A DNA stretch of 63,897 bases, the filler included, from Reticulomyxa filosa (lineage: Eukaryota > Protista > Foraminifera), in assembly GCA_000512085.1 (NCBI GenBank). It is 21 parts of 21 records of this genome, joined end to end, with 100 filler letters (N's around TTAATTAATTAA, not from the genome) between each part and the next. Parts side by side here need not be neighbours in the genome. Positions count along the whole stretch, not along the records: positions 1 to 9,606 come from ASPP01005626.1; positions 9,707 to 11,579 come from ASPP01017019.1; positions 11,680 to 13,050 come from ASPP01004285.1; 18 more parts are not named here. One strand, written 5' to 3'. Every line of letters starts with the position of its first letter. Position 1 is the stretch's first letter. Position numbers and translations under genes: made by a program. Below, piece after piece: positions 1 through 13,050 of this stretch. The notes beneath the pieces are model-generated. The model made no database searches, was not told where the DNA came from, and worked only from the letters and a program-made list of their open reading frames with translations.

Positions 1-15
1 ACGAGAATAATAACC

Positions 16-46
<31 letters not shown>

Positions 47-58
47 ACCAAGCAATAG

Positions 59-3000
59 ATTTGCTAAACTTGGAAAACCGAGACACGGTGACATTACTTC
101 CTCGAAAGAATGAACAAGGCTACGATTGGCACAATGTGACCAAGGCTTCGATTCGTCAAATAAGCGATTTGTTGAAATACATGCATACGTCGTTCAACAA
201 TCGCAGGCATGCACTACGCTACAACATGGACGGGACCGTCGACATGCACCAATTTCAAAACGAAATTATCGAGGCCAGTCCTCATTGGGATTCGAGTCGG
301 TCTCACACTGTTGTTATTCTGCGATTATCATTTCGAGTTATTATTATTTTTTTTTAATTTTTTTTTTTTTTACTCCATTTATATGTACATATACATATAT
401 ATGTACGTACACATACGTATATGTAATGTCCTCCTTTACGAACGTTTGCCTATGTGAACAGCATAGCTCGCAAAAAGAAAGAAAAAAGTCGCAAATAACA
501 TTTGTGGATTGTGCGGGCTACAGCAGTTGGGAAAAGAAGCAAAGGAAACAAGAGATGAACGAAAGACAAGACCCCAATGAACAGGAGTGGTATCGCAGAG
601 ACATGATCGACTTCAAGCACTTGAGCTCGTCCTTCGTGCACTTGGGGTCATTGCTGACATCAATCCCCAAAAAACTCCGCAGAGAGCTGCCCACGCCAAA
701 CACGCTCACGGAGTGGAAGCAGTCGCTGCTAATCCAAGCCTTGCATTCCATTACCACGTGGCTGGAACAGCCCACACGTCTTCCGCAGCATCAGCAACGG
801 CAGCGTCGCAATGACGATGACGTCCAGGCAAGTGCACCACGAGTATTTCTTATCGTCACGTGTTCATTGGAAGAACGAATTTATGTTTGGTGTGATTTGT
901 TTCATACAATATCATACACATATATATGTATATACATATATACGTATATGTATATATGCATATATACATATACATATATACATATACATATATACATATA
1001 CATATATACATATACATATATACATATACATGTATACATATACATATATACATATATGATTCTCTTTCAAAATGTACGACAATTGCAAAATATTAACTTA
1101 AGACGCAAATGAACAAAAATCAAAGGAGGAGACTTTGGCGACCTTACGCTTTGGCAACTTCCCCTTGGTTGACCCAATGCTGTTGATTATCATTGACAAA
1201 TACCGAGGCGAGATTTCAAAGTTGCAAGCATTGAAATTGGGACGAAGCAATAACAGTGCTATTGTTGATTCGCTGGCTGCCCAAGTTATCTTTTCACTGT
1301 ACCTTTTTTTTTTTTTTTTTTCTTCTTCTTCTTCTTCTTTACCCTACTATTACATTTTATTTTTTTTTTTTGGGATGGCTTTTCTTTTTCAATTTGGAAA
1401 AAAAAAAATGAGTAGAAAATTGAAGAATTGAAACAAGAAGCGGATGACATGAAATCAAAATATCAGACATTGCGCAAAGAGTACAACAAGTTGGAGAAAA
1501 ACCATCGTTTGAAAATCGAACAAGTCTCCACGTTGCAGAACAAATGCGACGAACTCGAATCGCAACTCCAGTTGCAAAACAGCCAATATGTCCAGCTGCA
1601 AGAGTCGTACAGACAAAGCAAAGCCAGCGAAATTTTCTTGCGACAAGATCTGCAAGACATCAAACAACGGACCGACTATTACTATCAAGCCGCCAACGAA
1701 CAAAATGCCAAAGATACACTCCAGTCCAACACCTCCAAAATTCGTCGCATCATCCAACATATTCAATCCAAACAAGTCCTTTTTTTAATTTATTGTATTT
1801 GCAATTGCAAATAAAATAAAGTCATATGCACAAAATGTATATATGTAAAAATTATGTATGAAAGTATAAAGACGCAGAACGATGTGTAGAAGAGGTGGGA
1901 CGCGAATTGGCTCAGTTGACAGAACAGGTGACAGAAATAAAGGGGCTACGTGAAGACATTGCTGCGGCCACGAAAGACAACGACGAATTGAATGAAGAGC
2001 TGCAAAAGGCGACGCGAGAAATTGAGAAATTAAAGTCAGAGAGAATGGACCGTGAAGAGGTCCAACTGCAATTGCAGGTTAATTCTATCGTCATTTGTTT
2101 TATTTGTTTGTTGGTTGGTAAAAACCCACAAATATTGCGTATGAAAGCAAAGGGGCAAATGAAATCAACGAACAAACAAAGGGCTTGATGAAAGAGATCG
2201 AAGACCGCGACAAAACCATCAAAGAAATGGCCGAGGACGCAAACCAACGGGACATTGAGCATGAGCAGCAAATACAAGAGCACTTACAAAAAGAAGAAAA
2301 CTACCAACGTGAAATGTTACAAATGCAAAGTACGATTCGAGATCCTTTGCAACCTGTCCAAGACAATACGAACAATGGAGACACAAATAATGGCAATATA
2401 AATAATAACAATGATAATAATAATAATAATAATAATATCACGAAAACAGTGAGCTTGAAATTGCCTGTGGCATCGGCACTTACTTTTGGAAATGAACCGA
2501 CAGGAAAAGCAGACAAAACCTTTTTGGCATTGCCAGTAGCTCAGTCGTTATCCCTATCAACAAACAGCAGCAGCTCGGTGATGAGAGACCCATTGACCGA
2601 AGCCAAAGGGCGGATCATTCGATTGGAAAACGAGTTGTGGCAATACAAATCTGATATCTACTCGTCACCAGTAGTGCAAACCTTGAAAGAACAGAAGAAG
2701 AAATTGGAGGAGCAAATCATAACCATTCGCGCCGAAAAAGCGAAACTGATCCCGCAATTTATGTTGGAAAAAGAAGCCAATATCCAAGAAATTGCGGTAT
2801 TGCGCAGGCAACTGCAAAACTACCACTGCGTGTACCGATGGAAGTCACTTTTGTATCGCAAAAAGATTGACGATTTGCGCGATGACATGGCGCGCGTCAC
2901 GCGTCGCATGGAACAGATGCACTACCAAAAAGGCACCGTGCGCACCCAACACGCGGACTCCACGGCAGACCCGTACGACCAATGGTTGGACGAATTCAAA

Positions 3001-3081
3001 CAAAAAGACTTTCAAGCCTTGTCTCCCAACTTGCAAAGAATCCATCGAGTTTTGCTTTAAACACAAACAAGCAGAAGAAAA

Positions 3082-3115
<34 letters not shown>

Positions 3116-4934
3116 AAATTAATTGATTAAATGAACTAATAGTTGAGGAGGAAAGGGGGCACAATTTTTTTTTTTTTGGGGGGGGGGGGAAAAAAAGGTG
3201 ATTGAAGATTTAACAAGAAAGTTGATGGCCAAACATACCCAAGTGATTGAATTACGAACTCAGTTGCAACAGCAAGGGGACAACAAGCCGTTGAAGATAG
3301 TTGTGGGCGCAAATCCGAAAGTGGGAAAAAAAAAAAGAAGCAAAGAGGGAAAGGCAAGGAGGAAGAGGATGACAATGAAGAAGAAGAAAATAATAATGAT
3401 AACGACGATGAAGAGGAGGAGGAGGAGGAAGAACAAGAACAAGAAGAGGACGAAGACGAAGACGAAGACGAAAAAGAAGAAGAAAAGGCAGCACAAAACA
3501 ATAAACGTGACAACAAGAAAATCAAAGCTCCAAAAAACTACTTTTCGAATAACAATCGCGCGTCCTTTCACTCGCCCACAGAGTCGTTATTCGAAGATAT
3601 GGCGCTGGAAACGGCGACGACGTTGCGAACGTTTATCCCGCTGATTCAAGCGAAAACAGAGGAAGTGTTGGCTCACAGCTTCGACGAAGAAAACAAAGAA
3701 TTGATGGAGCTAATAGACGATCCCCAAGTAGTCCAAACCTTGCCCTCGATCCAATCGGCATCCTCGTCTTCCAGCAATTCCCCTGCTCACGCTAACGCAA
3801 ATAATATTGCCGCTCACTCCAAAGCCAAAACAAATAAGACTCCAAAATCGACCTCGTCCATGCCGCCGCCACCATCTCCTGGAAGTGACGTCAAGTCTCC
3901 AAATACGATCCAATCTCCAATCAACGAAAATATTGACATTGGCGTTCAAGCTGAGTACTTGACTCGAATAACCTCATTGTCATTGAAAAGTTTGATGCTC
4001 GAGATAAAAGATTGGTCACTCGGAATAAGAGTAACAAATACGGTATGGGTGGCTTGTCCGCGGGGCCATCCCACATCAGTGAGAGTGAAAGCGAAAATGA
4101 AAATGATGAGGAATATGAGGCCAAACAAAGTGTGCTGACAAAAGAGCCTGCTAAAGACAAAGATAAAGATAGTACTCGAGTCGCTCTGAAAGCAGCTACG
4201 TCCAAATCGCAGAACAATGACAACGCACAATCTTCCCTCGCTCTTGAACAGCGGACTACTTCCAACAGCAACATCGCCGACTCCAAACCTCGAGCGTTTT
4301 AGACTTACAAACACATTACAATTATTATTTGTGGCTCTGAATTTATATATTTATACATATATATATGTATATATGTATACGTATACATACTAGGACATTC
4401 CACACACACTGATTGTGATTGTTTATTTAGATCAACAGGACGCATGTCCGTGATGAAAACCCCACCATCGTTGGCGAAATTTGGTTGCTTATTTTACTTA
4501 AATAATCATAAAAATAGTCGGGTGTCCATTAATGCAACTATGTCCATATGGGAAATTATGAAGGAAATTCGTGTATGTCATGCCCTTACCTGAAGATTTG
4601 ATTGGACTGGAAGGGAAATTATTCATTCAGCACAGTGGTTACGTTTGTTTGTTTTTTTTAGTTGCTGTTGCTACTTTTCTTTAAAGAAATCTTTTTTTAT
4701 TGAATTGTCGTGGTTACAAAAACAGTTGAGATGGAAAATGTTTGCATTTCGACAGAAGAGTTCGACAAAAGCTTCTTGGAACTCTTCATTACTCACAGTG
4801 TGTTCCAACTGTTGCATTTTAATGTAGTTTACAAGGACGATATGGATAATCCAGCTGTCCAACAACCACAAGAATTGAATAAAAGAGAAAAAAAACCTTC
4901 GTGGCTTCCTAAACTTTTCCAAGGCAAAACATAA
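59..4934 (+). CDS. Divergent kinesin-like protein: C-terminal part of the motor domain, long coiled coil and acidic tail; multi-exon, 5'-partial
   Basis: Motifs occur in kinesin order across exons: [16 protein letters not shown] (switch I), [12 protein letters not shown] (switch II, canonical DLAGSE), [12 protein letters not shown] (alpha4), [17 protein letters not shown] (canonical ETLSTLRFA). Heptad-rich exons follow (about 1428-3050), then a D/E-rich tail. There are apparent 1-nt frameshifts near 3330 (A-run) and 3955. The 3' exons after about 4300 are uncertain. Confidence 0.8.
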
Positions 4935-5954
4935 GAAAACTATTAAAAAACTCAAATGATGGAAAAGGACAAATAATGTATAGTCATAATTTTTGTTGGA
5001 ATTATTGTTGTTTTTCTAAATTGTATCACAAAACGCAACATTACAAACATCTTTTATGTAAATATCATAATATTTTGTGATAACGAGTTTTCAATTTGAA
5101 AAATCTTGTACAAATATAACAAAAAAAAAGATAAAAATAATAAAATGAGTAACGTTGATTTAAAAAAGAAAAAATACTTCATTTGCTTATGAAAATTTGA
5201 TTACTTTGATTAAAATGTTTGTAATATTGTTTGTTTAATGCAGTACAAAAGTAAGCACCAAATAATATTTTCAATTTTTGCAACGTATCACAAAGCGGTA
5301 TATCATTGCTTATAACAGTTACTTATTTTCTGGATAATTCAATTCATATGTGCTAAACTTGAAACCAAGTTAGCATGAATTGATTGATCTTGAATCGATT
5401 ATAATGAAATATATGATTTTGCTATATTTGGCAGACATGAAATCAATATTAGTGTTGCAATATTTCAATATGCAAACGAATTAACCATTCAAATTATTTT
5501 GGATAATCGTGATCGTTGTTATCCAACTTTCAACAATTGTACTTTCAATTCCAATGAATTGAGGTTTGTTCAATGATTTTTTTGATTATCCGTATCAAGC
5601 AAAGCACGTGCTCGAAATCACTTATCAAATTATTATTGATCATAGTATAAATGGCCTTGATTTGTTGGATTTCAATACATTTTATTTTGTTTATTTAAAC
5701 GAAAAAAAAGATATTTGAACACATTTGTTTGTGACAAATCTAATTCAGGAATGAACATCTTTGATTGTAAATCGTTTTAGATTTCGATAACAAAGTGAAT
5801 CATTATCAAAATTATTTTTGATTCTTTTTCTTTAGACACAATCATTACTATTTTTTCATACTTGTGCTTTCCGCTCCTCTTGAGCATAGTGTCAACTTAT
5901 ATTTGATTTGTTTGATTGATTATTTTGTTGCCGAAATATTGATTGACAACTATT

Positions 5955-6445
5955 AGATGAAAATTCCACAACAAGAATATCAAAATTTAGTGGTAGAAGC
6001 ATTTTAGTATAATAATGTTTCGGAGCATTATGAACAGTCTACGCTTGCAAGGTGGAAGATGGAGTAAATACTAATATATATAAAGAAATTTTATATGACA
6101 AAATGCTAAAGAACGTCAATTGCTGTTTAGAAAATAAAGATAATTGGATTTTCCATCAAGATAATGCAACATGCCATAAATCTGAAAAAATTATAAAATA
6201 GTTAAAACAAAAAAAGATAAAAATAATGAATTTTCCTCCAAATTCACATGATTTAAATCCAATTGAAAATCTTTGATGTATAGTAAATACAAGTTTTCAC
6301 AAAAAAGGACCTTTTAATACAACTTAAGAACTTTGGAACAAATTCGGAACATAATGTGAAAAAATAAAAATAAACATTTGTGAAATCTTAATAAAGTCAA
6401 TGCCAAAGAGAATACAGTCAGTTAAAAAAGTCAAAAAAGATTAAC
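5955..6445 (+). mobile_element. Degenerate Tc1/mariner (DD34E) transposase fragment
   Basis: Manual translation gives WIFHQDNATCHKSEKIIK*LKQKKIKIMNFPPNSHDLNPIENL*...LIKSMPKRIQSV. QDNA and DLNPIEN are Tc1 motifs, with 34 residues between D and E. Several in-frame stops. Confidence 0.9.
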
Positions 6446-7601
6446 ACGTTGTGAAACTTGAATTAAATTTTAAAAAACAAATCTTATCATAATCAGGCAA
6501 CAAAAAAAAATTTCTTTAAAGTAAATGAAAGATTAGAATTTTTGAAAAAATTGTAAAGACTTAATAAAAAACCAAAATTATATTTAAAAACTACATTATT
6601 CGTAGATATATTTTTTTTTTTTTGATTAAATGTTGTTTTTTCATGTATAAACACAATAATCTATATAAGGTTGCATTTTATTTGTCAACTTTCTTTTTTA
6701 TCATACTGTATTTTCGATTATTCAGAATGAAGAAAACTTTTTTTGTTAAGTTGAAAATTTCAATACTGTTCGCATGATCTAATGTAGAATATTGTCCAAA
6801 ACGCCAAAATTTCCATATTGCAGTTACAGCGACTGTCTTTTCCTCTTCCAAAAGGGGAAGTGAACTTCCTGTAATTGAATAATCAAAAGTTAGATAAAAT
6901 TGGAAGCTGTGTTAAAGCTTGCCCATATAAGATCATTGATTTTTTTTGAAAAAATATTTAAAATGTGTAATTGTTGAACATTATTTCAGTAGCTGTTTTC
7001 AAATCCATAAATAAAATGTACTGTCAAAACACATCTTGAAATTAATGATTTAGAAAGTAATTTTTTTAATTAAGTACTACAATCAAATTAAAAACAAAAT
7101 TAATATTTTCAAATATGGCTTATAATAATAAAGATTTGAAGTGCTTGAATTGTTCATACACAAAAAGTACAGTATTCATAAAAATTCACATCTAAGTGAA
7201 TTGATATCAAATTAATAGAACATCTTATTCCATTTTCTTTGAAGATCTCAAGGTTAAGCGCTTTTACATTGAAAAAGATTGTTTTGAAAAGAATACAGTC
7301 ATAGACTGCTACAAACACAAATGCTTTAATTGACGAAAGCTTAAAACAAAAAATGAAATTATGATATTTAGATGCACCAATAGCAGGAATATTATTTGGA
7401 ATATTGTGATTAGTGTTTATAATTGCATATGTAGAAAATTGATCATCTTCATAAGGCGGTATTTATGTGTTCGGTTTTTTTTTGCAACTAATATCTTAGA
7501 TCTCGTTTTGTGTTAGTAGAAAAAACAATGTACAAGTGAGTGCTTGCTTTTTGTTTTTTTATGTTCCATTGATTTAGAATAAATAATATTTGTTTAATTA
7601 A

Positions 7602-9098
7602 TTATTTTTTGTTGTGCGAATATGGAGATAAATGACCAGACATTTCATTAAAACTTAATATAGAATCGATTCCGTTGTAATTGGTAGGATTACGAAGACG
7701 ATCAATGTAATCAAAACTATTTGACAAGTGACCCAACAAACATTGCAATTCTGTGATTCCAAAGCCAAGCCTTGAACTAGTGACATTGACATAAGGTTGG
7801 ATCATGGAAGATTCTTGGAACACTTGAGTGATAGCATTCAATAAAACACTCCATTGTTTTTCAAAAAAAGCATGATGCAAAGTGTCAATTTTGGTAATAA
7901 CTAATGAAAACGGCACATAACAGCTATCTAAAAATGAGATCATATCTTTATCATAACGAGACAAGATATGATCAATTAATTGATTTTCATCAATTATAAA
8001 ATGTGATGTTTCATCAATATTCTCCGCTTCAGATTCATCCCGATTGTGTGAAGTATGTGTGTTTGTACGTTGATTTGTTTGTTTTCCTGTTTCTTTATTT
8101 GATGCAGGAGGAGTTAGAGACGAAGTGTGATTATCAATAAACTTCGTCACATTGGCAATACATTGTGAGGCATCAATTAACAATAAAACCTGTGACAAAT
8201 GGTCGTTTGTTCGATTTGTAAAATATTCTCTCATAAATTTTAACCAATATTGCCGGATTCTACTGTCTACCTCAGCATGTCCATATCCCATCAAATCCAC
8301 CAAACTCAGTGTAAAATCCAACGCATAAAAATTCAACATCTAAACCATTGCAAATTTCCAAATAATTATAATAATTAATATAAACACGATGTACAATATA
8401 CATATATATTTTTATTTTTTTTTTCGCAACTCGAGTTCGTCCAGGCCTTTTGGACACTAGTGCAAGACCATCATGATGGAACTTTTCACCCATTATGCGA
8501 TTGACTATACTTGATTTGCCTGCATTCGATACTCCACTCACTGCTATTTCTTTAAAATTATCACTTAAATTCATTGTTCCTTTTTTTTTTTGTATGTTTT
8601 CCTTGTTCAAGAGCAATTAATGTATCTTTAAAAAAAGATTGGACCCTTTGTTATTCGTTTACCTGCAGATGGCAGTTGATCCAATGACACTGCAAAGCCA
8701 CCGTAGTTCCACAAAGACGGCTGAAACAAGTCCAAAGTTTTTCCGAAGTTCGGTGGATTAAATATTGAGTGCGATTTCATCACTGGCGGTTTTGTTTTGA
8801 GGGAAGTACTGATATCGTCATGTGCAAGTACGAAATCACTTTGGTATTGGTCAAAGGCGTCCCATTTTAACGCTTGGTTCAACGTGCGAGGTTGCTTGGA
8901 AAACGTTGACAAGGATTCCAGACACTTTGTTGTGGTATTATACGTGTAAATAGGACAAATATTTCTTGGAATGGTCCCACCTTTGTACATATACAAGGGC
9001 AGACGCTGAGACATGTCTACAAAACCCTTTGTCCGAAGAACGTCTTTTCCCTTTTGTGTTAAGAAGCAGAACCAAAGAGAAGTGAGATACTGCAGCAA
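7602..9098 (-). CDS. EngB/YihA/YsxC-family GTPase (GTPBP8-like), three or more exons, long N-terminal extension
   Basis: G1 EIAVSGVSNAGKSS, G2 VSKRPGRT, G3 LVDLMGYG, VLLLIDA, G4 VITKID. Start codon uncertain. Confidence 0.85.
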
Positions 9099-9606
9099 AA
9101 AATCGCTTTAAGGTGTTTTAATAATATCTTAGAAAATCTTTGTTTCAATTAAACCATGTTAATTAATAACTTTTCAAAATACCAGTATTTTAGGCGTCTA
9201 AAAATTATTCACTAGAATGCTCTTTCAACAAATAAATTGATTTCAGGAGCATGACTATGATTTAAATACGGTTTCAATTAGTAAAACATTATCCCAAACA
9301 TCAGCTCTTAGTTTGAAGAAAAATTTCAATCGGCTGTGTCTGTTTGAATTTACGGACGTAGTATAACGCTTGTATAAAAACATCCAAGAATGGAGGGAAG
9401 AAAGCAAATGATAACTGTTTGCTCCACAGAAAGAAAAATCTTTCCACAAGTGATTGGGGCTTTACCAAAAAGGAAGAGGCAAAAGTAGAAACCCAAGTTA
9501 ACAGTCAACACAAAAAAGGTAATAAATTTTAAAGCAAACTATAAAAAAAAAAAAAAGAACCCAAAAACAAAAATAACTCCCTTCTTCCCTCACAATCTAC
9601 AAAAAA

Positions 9607-9706
9607 NNNNNNNNNNNNNNNNNNNNNNNNNNNNNNNNNNNNNNNNNNNNTTAATTAATTAANNNNNNNNNNNNNNNNNNNNNNNNNNNNNNNNNNNNNN
9701 NNNNNN
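9607..9706. other. Artificial contig spacer N44-TTAATTAATTAA-N44, first of 20. The others start at about 11580, 13051, 14433, 15673, 17339, 25157, 26681, 35379, 37414, 38779, 40051, 41291, 45048, 47382, 50219, 55497, 57616, 59038 and 61492
   Basis: Identical 100-bp blocks with a linker that places stops in all six frames; genes are cut off at these blocks. Confidence 0.98.
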
Positions 9707-11679
9707 AACATTCCATTTTTATCTTTTCATTTTTTTCAACGCTTTGTAAATTACGTTGTCAAATATCTAGTTTGTGTATAGATAAAGTTTTTTTTTTGAA
9801 GATATGCTTTCAAATAAAAAAATTAAATAGATTCACAATGCTTCTTGAAATATTATCTTGCGTATTCTCTGCAAATATTTTCAGATGTTCAATCAATTGG
9901 AAATCTCCAGAAAAACAGATAATGTTTTTAAAAAACAATCAAAATCAGTTTATTTTTTTTTCAAAAATTACAAAGTTTTGGATTGAATATTTAATTTTTC
10001 ATATGATCGATATTTGAATTTTGTTGAGTTATTTTATTTGGTGGAATAAACAAGTTTCCTTATTTTAATCTAGAAATTGAAATAGTAGAATGCTTGAAAA
10101 GGTCTCAGTAAATTGGGAATTACAAAATTTAACTAAACGGGAAAAAGAATAGCAGTCAATACATTCTTAATTTCCAAACAATTTTTTTTTGTGATTGTAC
10201 ATTAATAATACTTCAGACGACTGCAATTCATTTCGGACAAATGTTTCTATAATTCGAACGAATATCTTTTTTCAGCTTAGTTCGAACAGCATCTCAATTT
10301 GATTGCCTTTACAAATAGTCTAAAATGAACTCTTCGCATATTGCAATCACATTTCACACCATTCAACTTTAAATTTTCCATGTACCCAAGGAACGATGCT
10401 TTCACGCAAAGTAATCTTTACTTACATTCTTTTCTTTTTCACTTGATCAAATGATCGCACAAACAAGCCCTTTTTATTGTAATAACTTGCACGCATCGTC
10501 ATCTGTTGTTATTTCACTTGATTAGAGATTAGATTCATTCACTTATTAATGCTATTTTGTTTTATATTATATCAAATGTGAGATACCTTCTTACATTAGC
10601 ATATCAGACACAGACAGAAAAAGAGAAAGAGAAATAAAGTGTATTAACATACATTATTTAACATTAAATCTCAATACTTTTACTATTTTCAAAAATAAGG
10701 ATAATACATTCTTTTTCACTTGCTGTATATTGAGTTGCATTTTCCACTAAATGTGCTCGACACGCAATACTTGTAGTGACTTATGGCTGATTTGAGCATC
10801 TTGGAGCATGTCAAATCTCACAACAAAAACCAAAAGTTATAATTGTGAAAATCCAAGCTACATCTTAATGCCACGAGGAGTATTGTTTGTCCATGCTGTT
10901 TCATTGCAATGTGGAGGCTGCCAAATATTCCTGCACTTTCAATTTGTTGAGCTTCGTTTCTATTATAACATTTGCGAAAGTTAGTATATCCTAGTTTTTG
11001 TAATTTTAGAGACAGAAATCAACAGCAAATTTATTACTGTTGTCTTTTTAAGACATTTAAATTAATGTTTAACTGCAATGAATTTGGAAAGTTTTGCTCT
11101 TGATCAATTTTGATAACGCATATATGGGCTTGATAAAAAATGCGACGCACATCCAAGGAATTATTGTGTTGCCGTCTTCATCCACATTGTTTCTGTGTGG
11201 GCGTGGACATACACAATAGGTTCATGCTTCTTCGACAGATATGTTGTCATCATTGTTTCCCTTCCATAAGATTCATTGCAACTTCTATAATGTCGCTATT
11301 TATCGATACTTTTGCATATTCTATTTTCTATGCTTTTCCTCTCTCCCTCTCACACCATTGTTCTGGATAACGTATATCTATTCGTTTGAATTTGAATAAT
11401 GGCAGGGTTGCATGCTCAAGGAAAGTTTTCAATACATTAAATATGCATTCACTTGAATATCTTCATCATTCTTTACCATCATTTTCTAAAGGTGCATCCA
11501 CAACAACTCTGGTACAACTGTTCTCTCGTTCATTTTTTTGATTGTGTAATTTTATCACAAAATACACTTTTGATATGTANNNNNNNNNNNNNNNNNNNNN
11601 NNNNNNNNNNNNNNNNNNNNNNNTTAATTAATTAANNNNNNNNNNNNNNNNNNNNNNNNNNNNNNNNNNNNNNNNNNNN

Positions 11680-13050
11680 CAGCATCCAATATTAGCACAC
11701 ACTGATAATGCCACGAATACAAAGTGCTGCGCCGCATCCAACACGCCGTCCGTAGTCCATAGTCATCCCGGAAACCATCACTGCGAGAATCGAGTGCCTT
11801 GCGTCTGTCGAACAAGCAGCAATAATCTTTGCCGAACTGAATCAGAAAATGCGACCAGCTTTGTCTCTATCTTTCTCTTCACCGATAATCAATAATCAAT
11901 GTCATTTGCAAGTCCATCATTTCCCCCCCCCTCCCATCAGCACACGCACGATTCAAAATTCAAAGTCACTGATGTGCGCACGTACACGACCAATTTCGAC
12001 GCAAGTCCCCTATATGTGCGTTTCGATTGTTGTCGTGCTTTTAATGAAATGAATACCCATTTCCATAACAATCGAGTTTCACTTGTTGGCTCAGATAGAT
12101 CGAAGTTCGACACCCTCTTTGGCGCTGTGCCACACCAACAATTGTCCACACAGACTTGTATGCACCTATGTTAATGGCGAATAAGTTCTTCCAATTGTTT
12201 GTGTTACGACCACTTGACACTGAGACACACTCGTTCGTTATTCTTTGGTCGGCGCGCTCTATAGGAAGATATTGCATGTCTGGAAACACGAAGTCGCCAC
12301 TCGCAGGCGTGAAGAGCCAGTAAATAACCAAACTCAGCAAATCTGTAAGACTAGCTTGTTTTTTTTTTTTTTTAAAAAAAAAAAGAGCCAACATGATATG
12401 GTTTCGAGATTCTCTTCATCCTCCTCCTCCTTCTCCTCCTACTCGTATTCCTCTTCTTGATTACCAATATCTTGACGGAATTTCGCATAACCCCTCCACT
12501 AAATTGAACCACTCTAACATTGAATATTCTACCAATGTGGTTTTCTCGATTGTCATGAGTATTTCCTGACAACCTCCACGCTCTTTTCTTCCCTGCCTTT
12601 CACTTCTTCTCTGCAGCAGCTGCAACACCACAATATCTGTATCATTTCTGCTTTGCGCAATATCACCACTAACTTTCTTTTTTTTTTTCTTTTCGACGAG
12701 CTTGCTTTCGTCGTTTGGCAGCACCAAGATCCCGATTGTTCTGGATTGATCTGAGAAAATCTTATCCAATTATTCCACTAGTGCGCATTGACTTTGTACT
12801 TAAAAAAATATCGTCTCCCTTGTGATTGTAGTCACACTTTGCGCAGACGTTTTCAGTACATCCAAACGTTTCGATGTCGATCTAATGAATGATAGAGTAA
12901 GATTCTTATTTATTCATTTTTCATTTTTTGGGTGTATTTGTCGCTCAACATTCATCCTATCGGCATATGCACGTATCAAATTCCAAAGCTGCGAATGTGC
13001 GCACGCACACGACCAGTTTCTATTTTGTTTTTTTTTTTTTTTTTTTTTTT
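11680..13050 (-). CDS. Probable fragment of an uncharacterised multi-exon gene
   Basis: Moderate-GC blocks with 100-120 aa ORFs separated by T/A-run intron-like tracts. No motif recognised and the frame is ambiguous. Confidence 0.3.

Noticed and set aside
811-1112. ORFs rich in Y/I/H/T/C (for example YTYIHIHIY)
   Set aside because: They are translations of intronic TA/CA microsatellites.
3320-3960. Programmed frameshifting in the kinesin (also the SMYD gene near 19600)
   Set aside because: The shifts fall in or next to short homopolymers and are more simply explained as sequencing indels.
4520-4640. In-frame TGA as recoded Trp or Sec ([13 protein letters not shown])
   Set aside because: TGA is a normal stop in other genes here, and the exon frame is ambiguous.
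9707-11579. Short ORFs in AT-rich contigs (also 48000-49800 and 59138-60700)
   Set aside because: No recognisable motifs and frequent stops; likely non-coding or heavily decayed. I found no tRNA or rRNA by eye anywhere in the window.
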